Source: Alphaproteobacteria bacterium (GTDB taxonomy: Bacteria > Pseudomonadota > Alphaproteobacteria > Bin95). Taken from it: 64,000 bases of DNA. Where the stretch lies: positions 96,001 to 160,000 of the forward strand of contig OZ224045.1 of NCBI GenBank assembly GCA_963665325.3, in the 5' to 3' direction. Positions 8,814 through 19,787 of this stretch are shown here, piece by piece (position 1 is the first letter of the stretch; each line of letters opens with the position of its first letter). Below the pieces are notes generated by a model. That model worked only from the letters and a program-made list of their open reading frames with translations, was not told where the DNA came from and made no database searches. A program made the position numbers and the translations under genes.

Positions 8814-11102
8814 ATGGACCCGGAACGCCTTGCAGCCTTGGAAGCGCTTGAGCGCAAAGTGCTCTGGTTGTCTTCCTGGATGATCCATAACGCCAACCAC
8901 CTTCGCGAGAACCGCGACGGGCTGAAGGTCGGAGGACACCAGGCGTCCAGCGCTTCGGTCGCGACGATCCTGACGGCGCTCTATTTCGATACGCTGAACC
9001 TCGGCGACCGGGTGGCGGTGAAGCCCCACGCAAGCCCGGTCTATCACGCTATCCAATACCTGCTCGGGCGGCAGTCCCGCGAGAAACTGGAGCGTTTCCG
9101 CGCCTTCGGAGGCGCGCAGAGCTACCCCTCGCGCACCAAGGACAGCGACGATGTCGACTTCTCGACCGGCTCCGTCGGTCTTGGCGTGGGCATGACCACC
9201 TTCGCTTCCATCATGCAGGATTACGTGCGCCTGAAAGGCTTGGGCAACGACAGCCCGCCTGGGCGCATGGTAGCGGTGATGGGCGATGCGGAGATCGACG
9301 AAGGCAATGTCTTCGAGGCGATGCTCGAAGGCTGGAAGCACGATGTCCGTAACCTCTGGTGGATCATCGATTACAACCGCCAGAGCCTCGACTCCGTCGT
9401 TACGGACCGCCTGTTCCGGCGGCTCGACGGCCTGTTCCAAGCTATGGGCTGGCAGGTTCATATACTGAAGTACGGCAAACGCCTGCAGGCCGCATTCAGA
9501 AAGCGCGACGGTAAGGCCCTGGAACGCTGGATCGACGACTGCCCGAACTCCCGCTACTCGGCCCTCGTTTACAAGGGAGGGGCAGCGTGGAGAGAGGCGC
9601 TGCAGGAGGATCTCGGCCATCTCGGTGGCATCCGCGCACTGCTGAAACAGCACGACGACGAGCGGTTGCACAGCCTCATGACCAATCTCGCCGGCCAGGA
9701 CATGGCTGCCCTGCTTGATGGGTTCGAGGCGGTTGAGGATGATCGGCCGACCTGTTTCATCGCATACACCATCAAGGGCTATGGCCTGCCCTTCGCAGGC
9801 CACAAGGACAATCACGCCGGCCTCATGAACCCCGGCCAGATGGAAGCCTTCCGAGCATCAGTGGGTATCCGCCCAGGCGAGGAATGGGAAGCCGACGCCG
9901 GGTTGGATATCCCGCCGGAACAACTGCAGCTCATCATCGAAGGATCGCCCTTCTACCGCAGCCCGCCGCGCCGCCAGAATGCAGCTCCTGTCGAACTGCC
10001 CGCCGTTTTGCCGGTGCCTGCCGGCGCGCGCATGTCCACACAGGAGGCCTTCGGCCGGATTCTGGTCGAAATCGCCCGTGAGGGAGGGCCGCTGGCGGAC
10101 CGCATCGTGACTGCGTCGCCCGATGTCACGGTTTCCACCGGTCTGGGCGGCTGGGTGAACCGTCGCGGCATATTCGCGCGCGAAGTAGTGGAGGACGTTT
10201 TCCGGGAAGAGAATGTCGTATCGGCGCAGCACTGGCTCCAAGGTCCGACCGGCCAACATGTCGAGCTCGGTATTGCCGAGAACAACCTATTCCTTTGCCT
10301 GGCCGCTCTCGGACTTTCGGCGGAGCTGACCGGCGAGCGCCTGTTCCCGGTCGGAACGCTCTACGACCCGTTTATCGCCCGGGGCCTGGATGCGCTGAAC
10401 TATGCCGCCTACCAGGACGCGCGCTTCATGGTCGTGGCGACGCCATCAGGAGTCACGCTTGCGCCGGAGGGCGGTGCGCACCAGTCCGGCGCTACCCCCA
10501 GCATTGGCCTCGCCCAGCCGGGACTTACCGCATTCGAGCCAGCCTACGCGGACGAACTTGCGGTGATCATGCATTGGGGCTTTGTTCATATGCAGGCCGA
10601 AGATGGGGGCTCGGTTTACCTGCGCCTGTCGACCCGGCCGCTGGAACAGCCGCGGCGGGAGTTGGATGTCTCGGCCGCGATAGCCGGAGGCTACTGGATC
10701 GAACCGCCGGCTGACGGGTCGGAGTTGGCTATCGTCGCGATGGGCGCGGTGCTGCCGGAAGCGCTGGCAGCGCTGACGCTTGTTCGCGAGGACATGCCGG
10801 AAGCAGGCTTGTTGGCGGTTACTTCGGTCGACCGTCTGCACGGCGATTGGCTGGCGCACGGCGAGGGCAGCCAGGCGGCCCGGCTACTGGCGCCGATTTC
10901 GCGGCGCGGCGGCTTGGTGACGGTTCTGGACGGCCATCCGAGCGCGCTTGGATGGCTTGGTTCGGTTGCCGGGCATCGCGTCGAAGCGCTTGGCACGACG
11001 AGCTTCGGACAGTCGGGCGACATTCCCGATCTTTACCGGGCGCACAGGCTGGATACGGACGCTATCCTGGAAGCATCGGCACGTTTGTCGCTGCGCTCTT
11101 GA
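8814..11102 (+). CDS. AceE-like TPP-dependent enzyme (pyruvate dehydrogenase E1/transketolase-like)
   Basis: KVGGHQASSAS, KPHASP, QSYPSR, STGSVGLG, GDAEIDEG TPP motif, DYNRQSLD, ELGIAENN, PEGGAHQS. Confidence 0.88.
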   Translation: MDPERLAALEALERKVLWLSSWMIHNANHLRENRDGLKVGGHQASSASVATILTALYFDTLNLGDRVAVKPHASPVYHAIQYLLGRQSREKLERFRAFGGAQSYPSRTKDSDDVDFSTGSVGLGVGMTTFASIMQDYVRLKGLGNDSPPGRMVAVMGDAEIDEGNVFEAMLEGWKHDVRNLWWIIDYNRQSLDSVVTDRLFRRLDGLFQAMGWQVHILKYGKRLQAAFRKRDGKALERWIDDCPNSRYSALVYKGGAAWREALQEDLGHLGGIRALLKQHDDERLHSLMTNLAGQDMAALLDGFEAVEDDRPTCFIAYTIKGYGLPFAGHKDNHAGLMNPGQMEAFRASVGIRPGEEWEADAGLDIPPEQLQLIIEGSPFYRSPPRRQNAAPVELPAVLPVPAGARMSTQEAFGRILVEIAREGGPLADRIVTASPDVTVSTGLGGWVNRRGIFAREVVEDVFREENVVSAQHWLQGPTGQHVELGIAENNLFLCLAALGLSAELTGERLFPVGTLYDPFIARGLDALNYAAYQDARFMVVATPSGVTLAPEGGAHQSGATPSIGLAQPGLTAFEPAYADELAVIMHWGFVHMQAEDGGSVYLRLSTRPLEQPRRELDVSAAIAGGYWIEPPADGSELAIVAMGAVLPEALAALTLVREDMPEAGLLAVTSVDRLHGDWLAHGEGSQAARLLAPISRRGGLVTVLDGHPSALGWLGSVAGHRVEALGTTSFGQSGDIPDLYRAHRLDTDAILEASARLSLRS

Positions 11103-11140
11103 GCCGGACGAAGTTTCGATATAAGTCTCCGCCCCTCCCG

Positions 11141-11226
11141 GCGGGCGTGGCGGAATTGGTAGACGCGCCGGATTTAGGATCCGGTGGCTTGCGGCCGTGG
11201 GGGTTCAAGTCCCTCCGCCCGCACCA
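11141..11226 (+). tRNA. tRNA-Leu(TAG)
   Basis: Acceptor GCGGGCG/CGCCCGC, anticodon arm CCGGA-TTTAGGA-TCCGG, long variable arm, GTTCAAGT, encoded CCA. Confidence 0.96.
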
Positions 11227-11278
11227 GGGGTCGTCCTGGCCGGAGACCAACGACCGTAACCAGTTGAAGCCTTAACAT

Positions 11279-12631
11279 ATGCAGATTACCGAAACACTCG
11301 CCGACGGGCTCAAGCACGATTTTCGCGTTGTCGTGCCTGCCGACGACCTGCACGCCGACATCGACCGGAAGCTGGCGGAATATGGCGCCGGCATGCGGCT
11401 TCCGGGATTCCGACCCGGCAAGGCGCCGATGAAGATCCTGCGCCAGCGCTTCGGCAGGGCGGTCGAAGGAGAAATCCTTGAGGCAACGATCAATCGCGGC
11501 ACGCAGCAAGCGATAGAGGAACGGGGCCTGAAGCCGGCTGTCATGCCGCAGATCGATATGGTCTCCGACCTTGAGAACGGTCTGCCGGCCGGGGTGGATC
11601 TCGAATACACGATCAGTGTCGAGGCGTTGCCGGAGATCGAGCCGATCGACTTCGGTTCTCTGGAACTCGAACGCCTTGAAGCCGAGCCGGCCGAAGAGAC
11701 CGTCGAAGAGGAGATCGGCCGCATCGCCAATGCCACCGCCGAACTGGTGCCCGTGGAGGAAGACCGCGGTGCCGTGGATGCCGATACTCTTACGATCGAT
11801 TTCGAAGGCAAGATCGATGGCGAAGCGTTTGCCGGCGGCGCTGCGGAAGACTATGAGATCGAACTCGGCTCGGGCGAGTTTATTCCTGGTTTCGAAGACC
11901 AGCTTACCGGGGTGCGCGCAGGAGAATCGCGCGATATCGAGGTGGTATTTCCCGAGGACTACAACGCTGCGCATCTGGCGGGCAAGACCGCCGTATTTTC
12001 GGTCAATGTCAAGCAGGTCCGGGAACGTCGCTCGAGCGATCCGGACGACGAGTTGGCGAAGCGGGTCGGTTATGATGATCTGGCATCGCTGCGCCAGGGT
12101 GTCGTAGACCGGGTGAAGGGACAGTACGCCAATGTCTCCCGGATGATCGTCAAAAGACATCTGTTCGACCGTTTGGAGGAAGTGCACGACTTTCCTCTGC
12201 CGGAGAGCATGGTCGAGCAGGAGTTCGGGTCAATCTGGGGCGAGATCGAGAAGCGCCTGGAAGGCCCCGACGCCGAAGAGGTCCGCGAAGGCAAGACCGA
12301 CGAAGAACTCCGGGACGAATACAGGAAGGTTGCCGAGCGGCGTATCCGGCTGGGCCTTTTGCTGGCGGAGGTCGGTCGGCAGAACAATATCGAGGTTGGC
12401 CAGGAAGACCTGCAGCGGGCCATGGCCGCCCAGGTGCAGCGGTTTCCGGGTCAGGAACAGGTCGTGCTGGACTTCTACCGGAACAACCCGTCGGCGCTGT
12501 CGCAGTTCGAGGGGCCGATTCTGGAAAACAAGGTAGTCGACTATATCCTTGAACTTGCCCAAATCACGGCCCGCCAGGTAAGCGCCGAGGAGTTGATCGC
12601 GGCGTCGGAAGGCGTTTCCGAAGAGGAGTAA
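11279..12631 (+). CDS. tig: Trigger factor
   Basis: GFRPGKAP signature, FKBP domain (FIPGFEDQL), next to clpP. Confidence 0.97.
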   Translation: MQITETLADGLKHDFRVVVPADDLHADIDRKLAEYGAGMRLPGFRPGKAPMKILRQRFGRAVEGEILEATINRGTQQAIEERGLKPAVMPQIDMVSDLENGLPAGVDLEYTISVEALPEIEPIDFGSLELERLEAEPAEETVEEEIGRIANATAELVPVEEDRGAVDADTLTIDFEGKIDGEAFAGGAAEDYEIELGSGEFIPGFEDQLTGVRAGESRDIEVVFPEDYNAAHLAGKTAVFSVNVKQVRERRSSDPDDELAKRVGYDDLASLRQGVVDRVKGQYANVSRMIVKRHLFDRLEEVHDFPLPESMVEQEFGSIWGEIEKRLEGPDAEEVREGKTDEELRDEYRKVAERRIRLGLLLAEVGRQNNIEVGQEDLQRAMAAQVQRFPGQEQVVLDFYRNNPSALSQFEGPILENKVVDYILELAQITARQVSAEELIAASEGVSEEE

Positions 12632-12640
12632 ACGACCGCC

Positions 12641-13273
12641 ATGCGCGATCGGAACGAAGTTTATATGAACACACTCGTGCCCATGGTCGTGGAGAGCACG
12701 AACCGAGGCGAGCGGGCCTATGACATCTATTCCCGCCTGCTCAAGGAGAGGATCGTCTTCCTCACGGGACCGGTCTTCGACCAGGTGGGCGCGCTGATCG
12801 CAGCACAGCTGCTGTTCCTGGAGGCGGAAAACCCGAGCAAGGATATTTCCTTCTACATCAACTCGCCTGGCGGCGCGGTGACTGCAGGCCTCGCGATCTA
12901 CGACACCATGCAATACATCCGCTGCGATGTATCGACAGTGTGCATAGGGCAGGCGGCCTCGATGGGATCGCTGTTGCTGTCCGCCGGCGCCCCGGGCAAA
13001 CGCTATGCGCTACCCAATGCCCGGGTGATGGTTCATCAGCCCTCCGGCGGGTTCCACGGGCAGGCCAGCGATATCGAAATCCACGCGCGCGAGATCCTGA
13101 CCTTGCGCGGCCGGCTGAACGAAATTTACGTGAAGCATTGCGGCCAAAAGCTGGAGAAGGTGGAAGAAGCGCTGGACCGCGACCGCTTCATGGATCCGCA
13201 GGAAGCCAAGGAATTCGGCATCGTGGATGAAGTGGTCGAACACCGGGCTCCCGGCGAATCGGAAGACGGTTGA
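12641..13273 (+). CDS. clpP: ATP-dependent Clp protease proteolytic subunit
   Basis: [31 protein letters not shown]. Confidence 0.98.
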   Translation: MRDRNEVYMNTLVPMVVESTNRGERAYDIYSRLLKERIVFLTGPVFDQVGALIAAQLLFLEAENPSKDISFYINSPGGAVTAGLAIYDTMQYIRCDVSTVCIGQAASMGSLLLSAGAPGKRYALPNARVMVHQPSGGFHGQASDIEIHAREILTLRGRLNEIYVKHCGQKLEKVEEALDRDRFMDPQEAKEFGIVDEVVEHRAPGESEDG

Positions 13274-13314
13274 AGCGGCGGCGGCCTCAATGAAGCTTTT
13301 CACTGCCGAAAGCG

Positions 13315-13343
13315 TTGGCCCGGCGGGCGAACCCGGCTAACAT
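13315..13343 (+). promoter_or_regulatory. Putative sigma70-type promoter for clpX
   Basis: TTGGCC-N17-TAACAT about 50 nt upstream of the clpX ATG. Confidence 0.4.
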
Positions 13344-13391
13344 GCCGGTGTGGCTCCCGGGCTGCGGCTTCGCGGAATGTTGGGATCGAAG

Positions 13392-14654
13392 ATGAGCAAA
13401 TCGAGCGGTGATTCCAAGAACACGCTCTACTGTTCGTTCTGTGGGAAAAGTCAACACGAGGTCCGGAAGCTGATTGCGGGGCCAACCGTGTTCATTTGCG
13501 ACGAGTGCGTCGAACTGTGCATGGATATCATTCGCGAGGAGAATCGAAGCTCCCTCGTGAAATCCAGGGATGGCGTTCCGACGCCGGCTCGGATCTGCAA
13601 GGTCCTCGACGACTATGTTATCGGTCAGGACCGCGCCAAGCGCGTCCTTTCCGTGGCCGTGCACAACCACTACAAGCGCCTCGGCAGCAACGCCAAGGCC
13701 GGCGATGTCGAAATCGCCAAGTCGAACATCCTGCTGATCGGCCCGACCGGATGCGGCAAGACGCTGTTGGCTCAGACGCTGGCCCGCATTCTCGACGTGC
13801 CGTTCACCATGGCCGATGCGACGACGCTCACCGAAGCCGGTTATGTCGGCGAGGATGTGGAGAACATCATTCTGCGCCTGTTGCAGGCCGCCGACTACAA
13901 TGTCGAACGGGCCCAGCGCGGAATCGTCTATATCGACGAGGTGGACAAGATTTCCCGCAAGTCGGACAACCCGTCCATCACGCGCGACGTATCGGGCGAA
14001 GGCGTGCAGCAGGCACTTCTGAAGATCATGGAGGGGACGGTTGCTTCGGTGCCCCCGCAGGGCGGGCGCAAGCATCCGCAGCAGGAATTCCTCCAGGTGG
14101 ATACGACAAACATCCTCTTCATCTGCGGCGGCGCGTTTTCGGGGTTGGAAAAGATCATCTCGCAGCGGGGCAGGGGATCGTCGATAGGCTTCGGCGCCGA
14201 TGTGAGCGCACCCGAGGACCGTCAGACGGGCGAGGTTCTGAAGGGAATCGAACCGGAAGACCTTTTGCGGTTCGGGCTCATCCCGGAGTTCGTCGGCAGG
14301 CTGCCGGTCATCGCCACGCTAGAGGACCTCGAGGAAGGCGCGCTGATCGAAATTCTCACGCGGCCCAAGAACGCCCTGGTCAAACAGTACCAGCGCCTGT
14401 TCGACATGGAAGACGTACGGCTGACATTCGCCGAGGATGCGCTGAAGGGCATCGCCGGCAAGGCGATTTCGCGCAAGACGGGCGCGCGCGGCCTCAGGGC
14501 GATCATGGAGAGCATCCTTCTCGACAGCATGTTCGAGCTGCCGAGTATGGAGGGCGTCGAGGAGATCGTTATCAGCCGCGAAGTGGTGGAAGGGCGCGCG
14601 CAGCCTTTGCACATCTATGTCGAGCGCGGTAATGAGACCAAGGCCGGCGCTTGA
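13392..14654 (+). CDS. clpX: ATP-dependent Clp protease ATPase ClpX
   Basis: CSFCGK..ICDEC zinc finger, [25 protein letters not shown] loop; ATG at 13392. Confidence 0.98.
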   Translation: MSKSSGDSKNTLYCSFCGKSQHEVRKLIAGPTVFICDECVELCMDIIREENRSSLVKSRDGVPTPARICKVLDDYVIGQDRAKRVLSVAVHNHYKRLGSNAKAGDVEIAKSNILLIGPTGCGKTLLAQTLARILDVPFTMADATTLTEAGYVGEDVENIILRLLQAADYNVERAQRGIVYIDEVDKISRKSDNPSITRDVSGEGVQQALLKIMEGTVASVPPQGGRKHPQQEFLQVDTTNILFICGGAFSGLEKIISQRGRGSSIGFGADVSAPEDRQTGEVLKGIEPEDLLRFGLIPEFVGRLPVIATLEDLEEGALIEILTRPKNALVKQYQRLFDMEDVRLTFAEDALKGIAGKAISRKTGARGLRAIMESILLDSMFELPSMEGVEEIVISREVVEGRAQPLHIYVERGNETKAGA

Positions 14655-14678
14655 ACGGGTCGGGGCCTCTTCCCAGAT
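14650..14678 (+). promoter_or_regulatory. Putative RpoH (sigma32) promoter for lon
   Basis: CTTGAA-N16-CCCAGAT overlapping the clpX stop; lon is a classical heat-shock gene. Confidence 0.5.
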
Positions 14679-14755
14679 AAAGGACCGAGCGAGGCGGTTG
14701 TGAACGATGTCATCGAGGCAGCCTTGCCACTCACGAAGCCTCCCGAGGATGCATC

Positions 14756-17164
14756 ATGAATAGTTCCAGCGGCGACCTCTATCCCGTTCTCCCACTGCGG
14801 GACATTGTGGTTTTTCCCCACATGATCGTGCCGCTTTTCGTCGGGCGCGAGAAATCCGTGCTGGCACTCGAAGAGACGATGAAGAACGACAAGCAGATTC
14901 TATTGGTCACGCAGAAGGATGCTGCAACCGACGAGCCGGGACCGGACGATATCTTCCGAATCGGCACGATAGGCTCCGTGCTTCAACTCCTGAAGCTGCC
15001 GGACGGCGCCGTGAAAGTGTTGGTCGAAGGGCAGGGCCGCGCCGAAATCCTAGATTATACCGACCGGGATGAGTTCTTCGAAACGTCGGCCCGGGATGTC
15101 CCGGAAGGCGGTGAGGGGGACCCGCAGGAAATGTCGGCGCTGGTCCGTTCGGTGGTTTCGCATTTCGAGAACTACGTAAAGCTCAACAAGAAGATTCCGC
15201 CCGAGGTCATAGCCACGGTAGGCCAGATCGAGGATCCTTCCAAGCTCGCCGACACCGTTGCGGCCCATCTGAGTCTCAAGATTGCCGAGAAGCAGGAACT
15301 GCTTGAAACGATACCCGTCTTCCAGCGTCTGGAGCGCGTTTACGCGTATATGGAAGGCGAGATGGATGTGCTCGAAGTTGAGAAACGGGTCCGCTCGCGC
15401 GTCAAGCGGCAGATGGAACGCACGCAGCGAGAGTACTATCTGAATGAGCAGATGAAGGCGATCCAGAAGGAGCTGGGCGACGGCGGGGAGGGCCGCGACG
15501 AGCTCTCGGAGATCGAGGAGGCGATCAAGAAGACACGTCTCTCCAAAGAAGCAGCGGAGAAGGCAACCGCGGAGCTCAAGAAGCTGCGTAGCATGAGCCC
15601 GATGTCGGCCGAGGCCACGGTCGTGCGCAACTATCTCGACTGGATGCTCGGCATCCCCTGGAAAAAGCGAACCAGAGTGAAGAGGGACGTGCGCGCCGCA
15701 GAGATTGTTCTCGACGAAGACCACTACGGTCTGGAAAAGGTCAAGGAGCGGATCGTCGAATATCTGGCGGTCCAGAATCGCGTGCGGAAGCTGAAGGGTC
15801 CGATCCTCTGTCTGGTCGGGCCGCCCGGTGTTGGCAAGACTTCGCTCGGCAAGTCGATCGCACGGGCCACGGGGCGTAATTTCGTGCGCATGTCGCTGGG
15901 CGGGGTACGCGACGAGGCCGAGATCCGCGGACACCGTCGCACCTATATCGGATCCATGCCCGGCAAGGTGGTCCAAGGCATGAAGAAGGCAAAGTCGTCC
16001 AACCCGCTTTTCCTGCTGGACGAGGTAGACAAGCTTGGTGCGGACTGGCGCGGCGACCCGTCATCGGCACTTCTGGAAGTGCTCGACCCCGAACAGAACA
16101 GCACTTTCAACGATCATTACCTGGAAGTGGACTACGACCTGTCGGATGTGATGTTCGTCACGACGGCGAATACGCTCAGGCTGCCTCAACCCTTGCTTGA
16201 CCGTATGGAAGTGATCCGTATTCCCGGATACACCGAGGACGAGAAGGTCGAAATCGCCCGCCGCCACTTGATTAGCAAGCAATTGACGGCGCACGGGCTG
16301 AAGAGCGAAGAATGGTCGATTTCGGATGGCGCTCTGCGCGACCTTATCCGGTACTACACGCGCGAGGCCGGCGTCCGAAACCTGGAGCGGGAGATCGCGA
16401 ACCTGCAGCGCAAGGCGGTGAAGGAGCTGGCGACCAGTGAAACCGGGGCAGTTAGCGTCGAGAGCGACAATCTCGAAACCTATGCCGGTGTGCGCAAGTT
16501 CCGCTACGGACAGACGGAACTGGAAGATCTTGTCGGGGTCACGACGGGCCTTGCATGGACAGAGGTAGGCGGCGAGATCCTTTCTGTCGAGGCCGTCGTC
16601 ATGCCGGGCAAGGGCAACGTCAAGCATACCGGCAAGCTCGGCGATGTCATGCAGGAGTCGGTGGAGGCGGCGCGCAGCTTCGTTCGTTCCAGGATGCTGC
16701 GGTTCGGAATCGTTCCACCGGAATTCGACCGCCGGGACATCCATGTTCATGTGCCGGAAGGGGCAACGCCGAAGGACGGACCCTCCGCCGGCGTCGCCAT
16801 GTGCACGTCGATCATTTCCGCGCTTACGGCTATCCCGGTTCGGCGCGATGTTGCGATGACCGGGGAAATCACGCTGCGCGGCCGTGTTCTGCCGATCGGC
16901 GGGCTGAAGGAGAAATTGCTTGCGGCTTTACGGGCCGGCATCACCACCGTGTTGATCCCCGAGGAAAATATGAAGGACCTTGCGGAGATACCTGACACTG
17001 TGACGAACAGCCTTGAGATCGTTCCGATCGAAACCGTCGATGAAGTGCTGAGCCGGGCGTTGACCAATATTCCAACGCCGATAGACTGGCAACCTCCGGA
17101 GGCGGTGGAGACCCCTCCGTCGGCCGTAGAAGGGGCAACTTTCGGAGGGATGGTTACGCACTGA
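14756..17164 (+). CDS. lon: Lon protease (endopeptidase La)
   Basis: [36 protein letters not shown]. Confidence 0.98.
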   Translation: MNSSSGDLYPVLPLRDIVVFPHMIVPLFVGREKSVLALEETMKNDKQILLVTQKDAATDEPGPDDIFRIGTIGSVLQLLKLPDGAVKVLVEGQGRAEILDYTDRDEFFETSARDVPEGGEGDPQEMSALVRSVVSHFENYVKLNKKIPPEVIATVGQIEDPSKLADTVAAHLSLKIAEKQELLETIPVFQRLERVYAYMEGEMDVLEVEKRVRSRVKRQMERTQREYYLNEQMKAIQKELGDGGEGRDELSEIEEAIKKTRLSKEAAEKATAELKKLRSMSPMSAEATVVRNYLDWMLGIPWKKRTRVKRDVRAAEIVLDEDHYGLEKVKERIVEYLAVQNRVRKLKGPILCLVGPPGVGKTSLGKSIARATGRNFVRMSLGGVRDEAEIRGHRRTYIGSMPGKVVQGMKKAKSSNPLFLLDEVDKLGADWRGDPSSALLEVLDPEQNSTFNDHYLEVDYDLSDVMFVTTANTLRLPQPLLDRMEVIRIPGYTEDEKVEIARRHLISKQLTAHGLKSEEWSISDGALRDLIRYYTREAGVRNLEREIANLQRKAVKELATSETGAVSVESDNLETYAGVRKFRYGQTELEDLVGVTTGLAWTEVGGEILSVEAVVMPGKGNVKHTGKLGDVMQESVEAARSFVRSRMLRFGIVPPEFDRRDIHVHVPEGATPKDGPSAGVAMCTSIISALTAIPVRRDVAMTGEITLRGRVLPIGGLKEKLLAALRAGITTVLIPEENMKDLAEIPDTVTNSLEIVPIETVDEVLSRALTNIPTPIDWQPPEAVETPPSAVEGATFGGMVTH

Positions 17165-17274
17165 TATGCAATCGGGTTCTATATAGTTCCCGATTGTGTA
17201 TGGTTTCTCTGGACGTTTGCAGTGAATCCGGTTAGCAACTGCATCATCCTCAGCGAAGACGGGAGGGAGAAAGA

Positions 17275-17547
17275 ATGAACAAGAACGATCTGGTTGGAGC
17301 TGTTGCGGTATCCGCAAACTTGCAACGGGCCGAGGCCACCCGGGCCGTGGAGGCTGTTTTCGATACCATCAGCAAGGCGCTTGCCGACGGTCAGGATGTG
17401 CGCCTGATCGGTTTCGGGACCTTTTCGGTAGCCCACCGGCCGGCATCCAAGGCGCGGAACCCCAGGACGGGTGAAACGATCGATGTTGCTCCGTCGAACC
17501 AGCCGAAGTTCAGGGCCGGGAAAGGCTTGAAAGACGCCGTGAATTGA
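17275..17547 (+). CDS. hup: DNA-binding protein HU
   Basis: MNKNDL, GFGTF, RNPRTGE, PKFRAGKGLKDAVN. Confidence 0.97.
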   Translation: MNKNDLVGAVAVSANLQRAEATRAVEAVFDTISKALADGQDVRLIGFGTFSVAHRPASKARNPRTGETIDVAPSNQPKFRAGKGLKDAVN

Positions 17548-17574
17548 CGGCAGGTCGGGCGAGCCTGAGCCTGG

Positions 17575-17650
17575 GGGCGATTAGCTCAGCCGGGAGAGCA
17601 CCTCGTTTACACCGAGGGGGTCGGCGGTTCGATCCCGTCATCGCCCACCA
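17575..17650 (+). tRNA. tRNA-Val(TAC)
   Basis: Acceptor GGGCGAT/ATCGCCC, anticodon arm CCTCG-TTTACAC-CGAGG, GTTCGAT, CCA. Confidence 0.96.
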
Positions 17651-17829
17651 CTAATGTTTCTGGATAACCAATTGACAGTTTTGTTATCTGGCCGTCCTGC
17701 GTGCTCAGAGTGAATTGGCGTTTTGTCCGGTTTGTTCCAAGAATAGCTGCGGCATAGAAGAAATTATCTCGCCTTTTGGTGCTAAGCCAGCAAGGCAACG
17801 ATGTCAGTTCAAGTCTTGGCTTTTGCAGC

Positions 17830-18018
17830 AAGCACCCAGGCCACTTGATCGACCGGGACCCGGCGCGAGGAGGCTTTGCCCAGACGGCGGTCGAACAGAC
17901 CCTCCAGCCCGTCCTCCTCCCAGCGCCGCCGGTAGCGCCGGAACGTCCACTCCGACATCCCCAGAAGCTCCGCCGCGTCCAGCGCCGAAAGACGCCGTGA
18001 CCCGAAGCGGCCCAGCAC
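17830..18018 (-). pseudogene. N-terminal HTH fragment of an IS transposase (ISNCY-like)
   Basis: RLSALDAAELLGMSEWTFRRYRRRWEEDGLEGLFDRRLGKASSRRVPVDQV resembles ISNCY transposase N-termini; about 60 codons, no DDE domain. Confidence 0.75.
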
Positions 18019-18041
18019 ACCCTCAGAATTGGGCCGCGTCC

Positions 18042-18070
18042 TTGACTGATCGGCAGGTCTCGGCTAGACG
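18042..18070 (+). promoter_or_regulatory. Putative promoter for tRNA-Asp
   Basis: TTGACT-N17-TAGACG, 17 nt upstream of the tRNA. Confidence 0.55.
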
Positions 18071-18087
18071 GTCGCAGTTGCGTCTGC

Positions 18088-18164
18088 GGGGGTGTAGCTC
18101 AGTCGGTTAGAGCGCTGGCCTGTCACGCCAGAGGCCGCGGGTTCGAGTCCCGTCACTCCCGCCA
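18088..18164 (+). tRNA. tRNA-Asp(GTC)
   Basis: Acceptor GGGGGTG/CACTCCC, anticodon arm CTGGC-CTGTCAC-GCCAG, G discriminator, CCA. Confidence 0.96.
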
Positions 18165-18281
18165 CTAACCCCTGTCGCTGGCCGCATGTCCGGAGGGCCT
18201 TGTCAGGGCTTTGCAGCCGTATCTTCGGCCACTATGGTGCGCCGGGATCAGGTTCGAGAAAAGGGAGGCGGGCCCAGGACG

Positions 18282-18647
18282 ATGGATGCGCTTCTGGCGG
18301 AGTATGTACCGATATTGATCTTCACGGCTGTTGCCGGAGCGCTGGCGGCAGGCGCCGTGATCGCTTCAATGGTCATTGCGCGGCAAAAGCCGGACTCCGA
18401 AAAGCTCTCGACCTACGAATGCGGCTTCGAGGCTTTCACCGACACCCGGGGGCGCTTCGATGTGCGCTTTTATCTGGTCGCCATCCTGTTCATCATCTTC
18501 GATCTTGAAGTGGCGTTCCTGTTTCCCTGGGCGATTTCGCTTGGCGGTATCGGCATGCTTGGTTTTTGGTCGATGGTGATTTTCCTTGGAGTGCTGACGG
18601 TCGGATTCATCTACGAATGGCGCAAAGGGGCGCTTGAATGGGAATGA
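18282..18647 (+). CDS. nuoA: NADH-quinone oxidoreductase subunit A
   Basis: [31 protein letters not shown]; ATG at 18282. Confidence 0.97.
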   Translation: MDALLAEYVPILIFTAVAGALAAGAVIASMVIARQKPDSEKLSTYECGFEAFTDTRGRFDVRFYLVAILFIIFDLEVAFLFPWAISLGGIGMLGFWSMVIFLGVLTVGFIYEWRKGALEWE

Positions 18648-19174
18648 TCGGCCAGCCGGTGCTCGGGCCGGGAGTGGAGCAAGACGCATTGCTGCGCGGG
18701 GTCAACGACGAACTCCAGGACCGCGGCTATGTGGTTGCACAACTGGACAAACTGGTGAATTGGGCACGTTCGGGGTCGTTGTGGCCGATGACTTTCGGGC
18801 TTGCCTGCTGTGCCGTGGAAATGATGCACACGGCCTGCTCGCGTTACGACCTCGACCGCTTCGGCGTCGTGTTTCGTCCGAGCCCGCGACAGTCCGATGT
18901 CATGATCGTGGCTGGTACGCTTACCAACAAGATGGCGCCGGCGCTTCGCAAGGTTTACGACCAGATGGCCGAGCCGCGCTGGGTGATCTCCATGGGCTCG
19001 TGTGCCAATGGCGGCGGCTACTACCACTATTCCTATTCCGTGGTCCGGGGCTGCGACCGAATCGTGCCGGTCGATGTGTATGTGCCAGGTTGTCCGCCGA
19101 CCGCCGAAGCGTTGCTCTACGGCGTGCTGCTGCTTCAGAAGAAGATCCAGCGTACCGGCACGATAACACGCTGA
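18638..19174 (+). CDS. nuoB: NADH-quinone oxidoreductase subunit B
   Basis: [21 protein letters not shown]. Confidence 0.98.
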   Translation: MGMIGQPVLGPGVEQDALLRGVNDELQDRGYVVAQLDKLVNWARSGSLWPMTFGLACCAVEMMHTACSRYDLDRFGVVFRPSPRQSDVMIVAGTLTNKMAPALRKVYDQMAEPRWVISMGSCANGGGYYHYSYSVVRGCDRIVPVDVYVPGCPPTAEALLYGVLLLQKKIQRTGTITR

Positions 19175-19187
19175 ACCGGACCCATAG

Positions 19188-19787
19188 ATGGACGAAGCCC
19201 TGCAAGACCTCGCCGAGCATGTCGAGGCGGCGATAGGCGAGAAGGTTGTGCTCGAACCCGGAGCCTCGGAATTGGTGTTGCGGGCCGGACGGGATGCTCT
19301 GCTTGAGGTGCTAACCTTTCTGCGCGATGACGCAAATTGCCACTTCAGATGCCTCGTCGATCTTTGCGGTGTCGACTATCCGGAGCGTTCGGAGCGGTTC
19401 GAGGTTGTCTACAATTTGCTGAGTCACCGCCACAACCTTCGGATTCGCGTCAAGACAGCGACGGACGAAGATATGCCGGTGCCTTCCGCATCGGGGCTCT
19501 TCAGTTCGGCAGTCTGGCTCGAGCGGGAAGCCTGGGACCTCTACGGCATTTTCTTTTCAAACCATCCGGACCTGCGCCGACTGCTGACCGACTACGGATT
19601 CGAAGGCTACCCGATGCGCAAGGATTTCCCGCTCACCGGGTATGTCGAAGTCCGGTACGACGACGAACAGAAACGCGTGGTCTATGAGTCGGTGGAACTG
19701 ACACAGGAGTTCCGTTCCTTCGACTATCTCAGCCCGTGGGAGGGACCGCTGCCTGGTGACGAGAAGGCGGAGGCGCCTGATGGCTGA
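19188..19787 (+). CDS. nuoC: NADH-quinone oxidoreductase subunit C
   Basis: [27 protein letters not shown]. Confidence 0.97.
   Translation: MDEALQDLAEHVEAAIGEKVVLEPGASELVLRAGRDALLEVLTFLRDDANCHFRCLVDLCGVDYPERSERFEVVYNLLSHRHNLRIRVKTATDEDMPVPSASGLFSSAVWLEREAWDLYGIFFSNHPDLRRLLTDYGFEGYPMRKDFPLTGYVEVRYDDEQKRVVYESVELTQEFRSFDYLSPWEGPLPGDEKAEAPDG

Noticed and set aside
8760-9815. Apparent 350-aa N-terminal extension (fusion) of TauD
   Set aside because: It is the antisense of the aceE-like gene; a proper RBS and ATG exist at 8759
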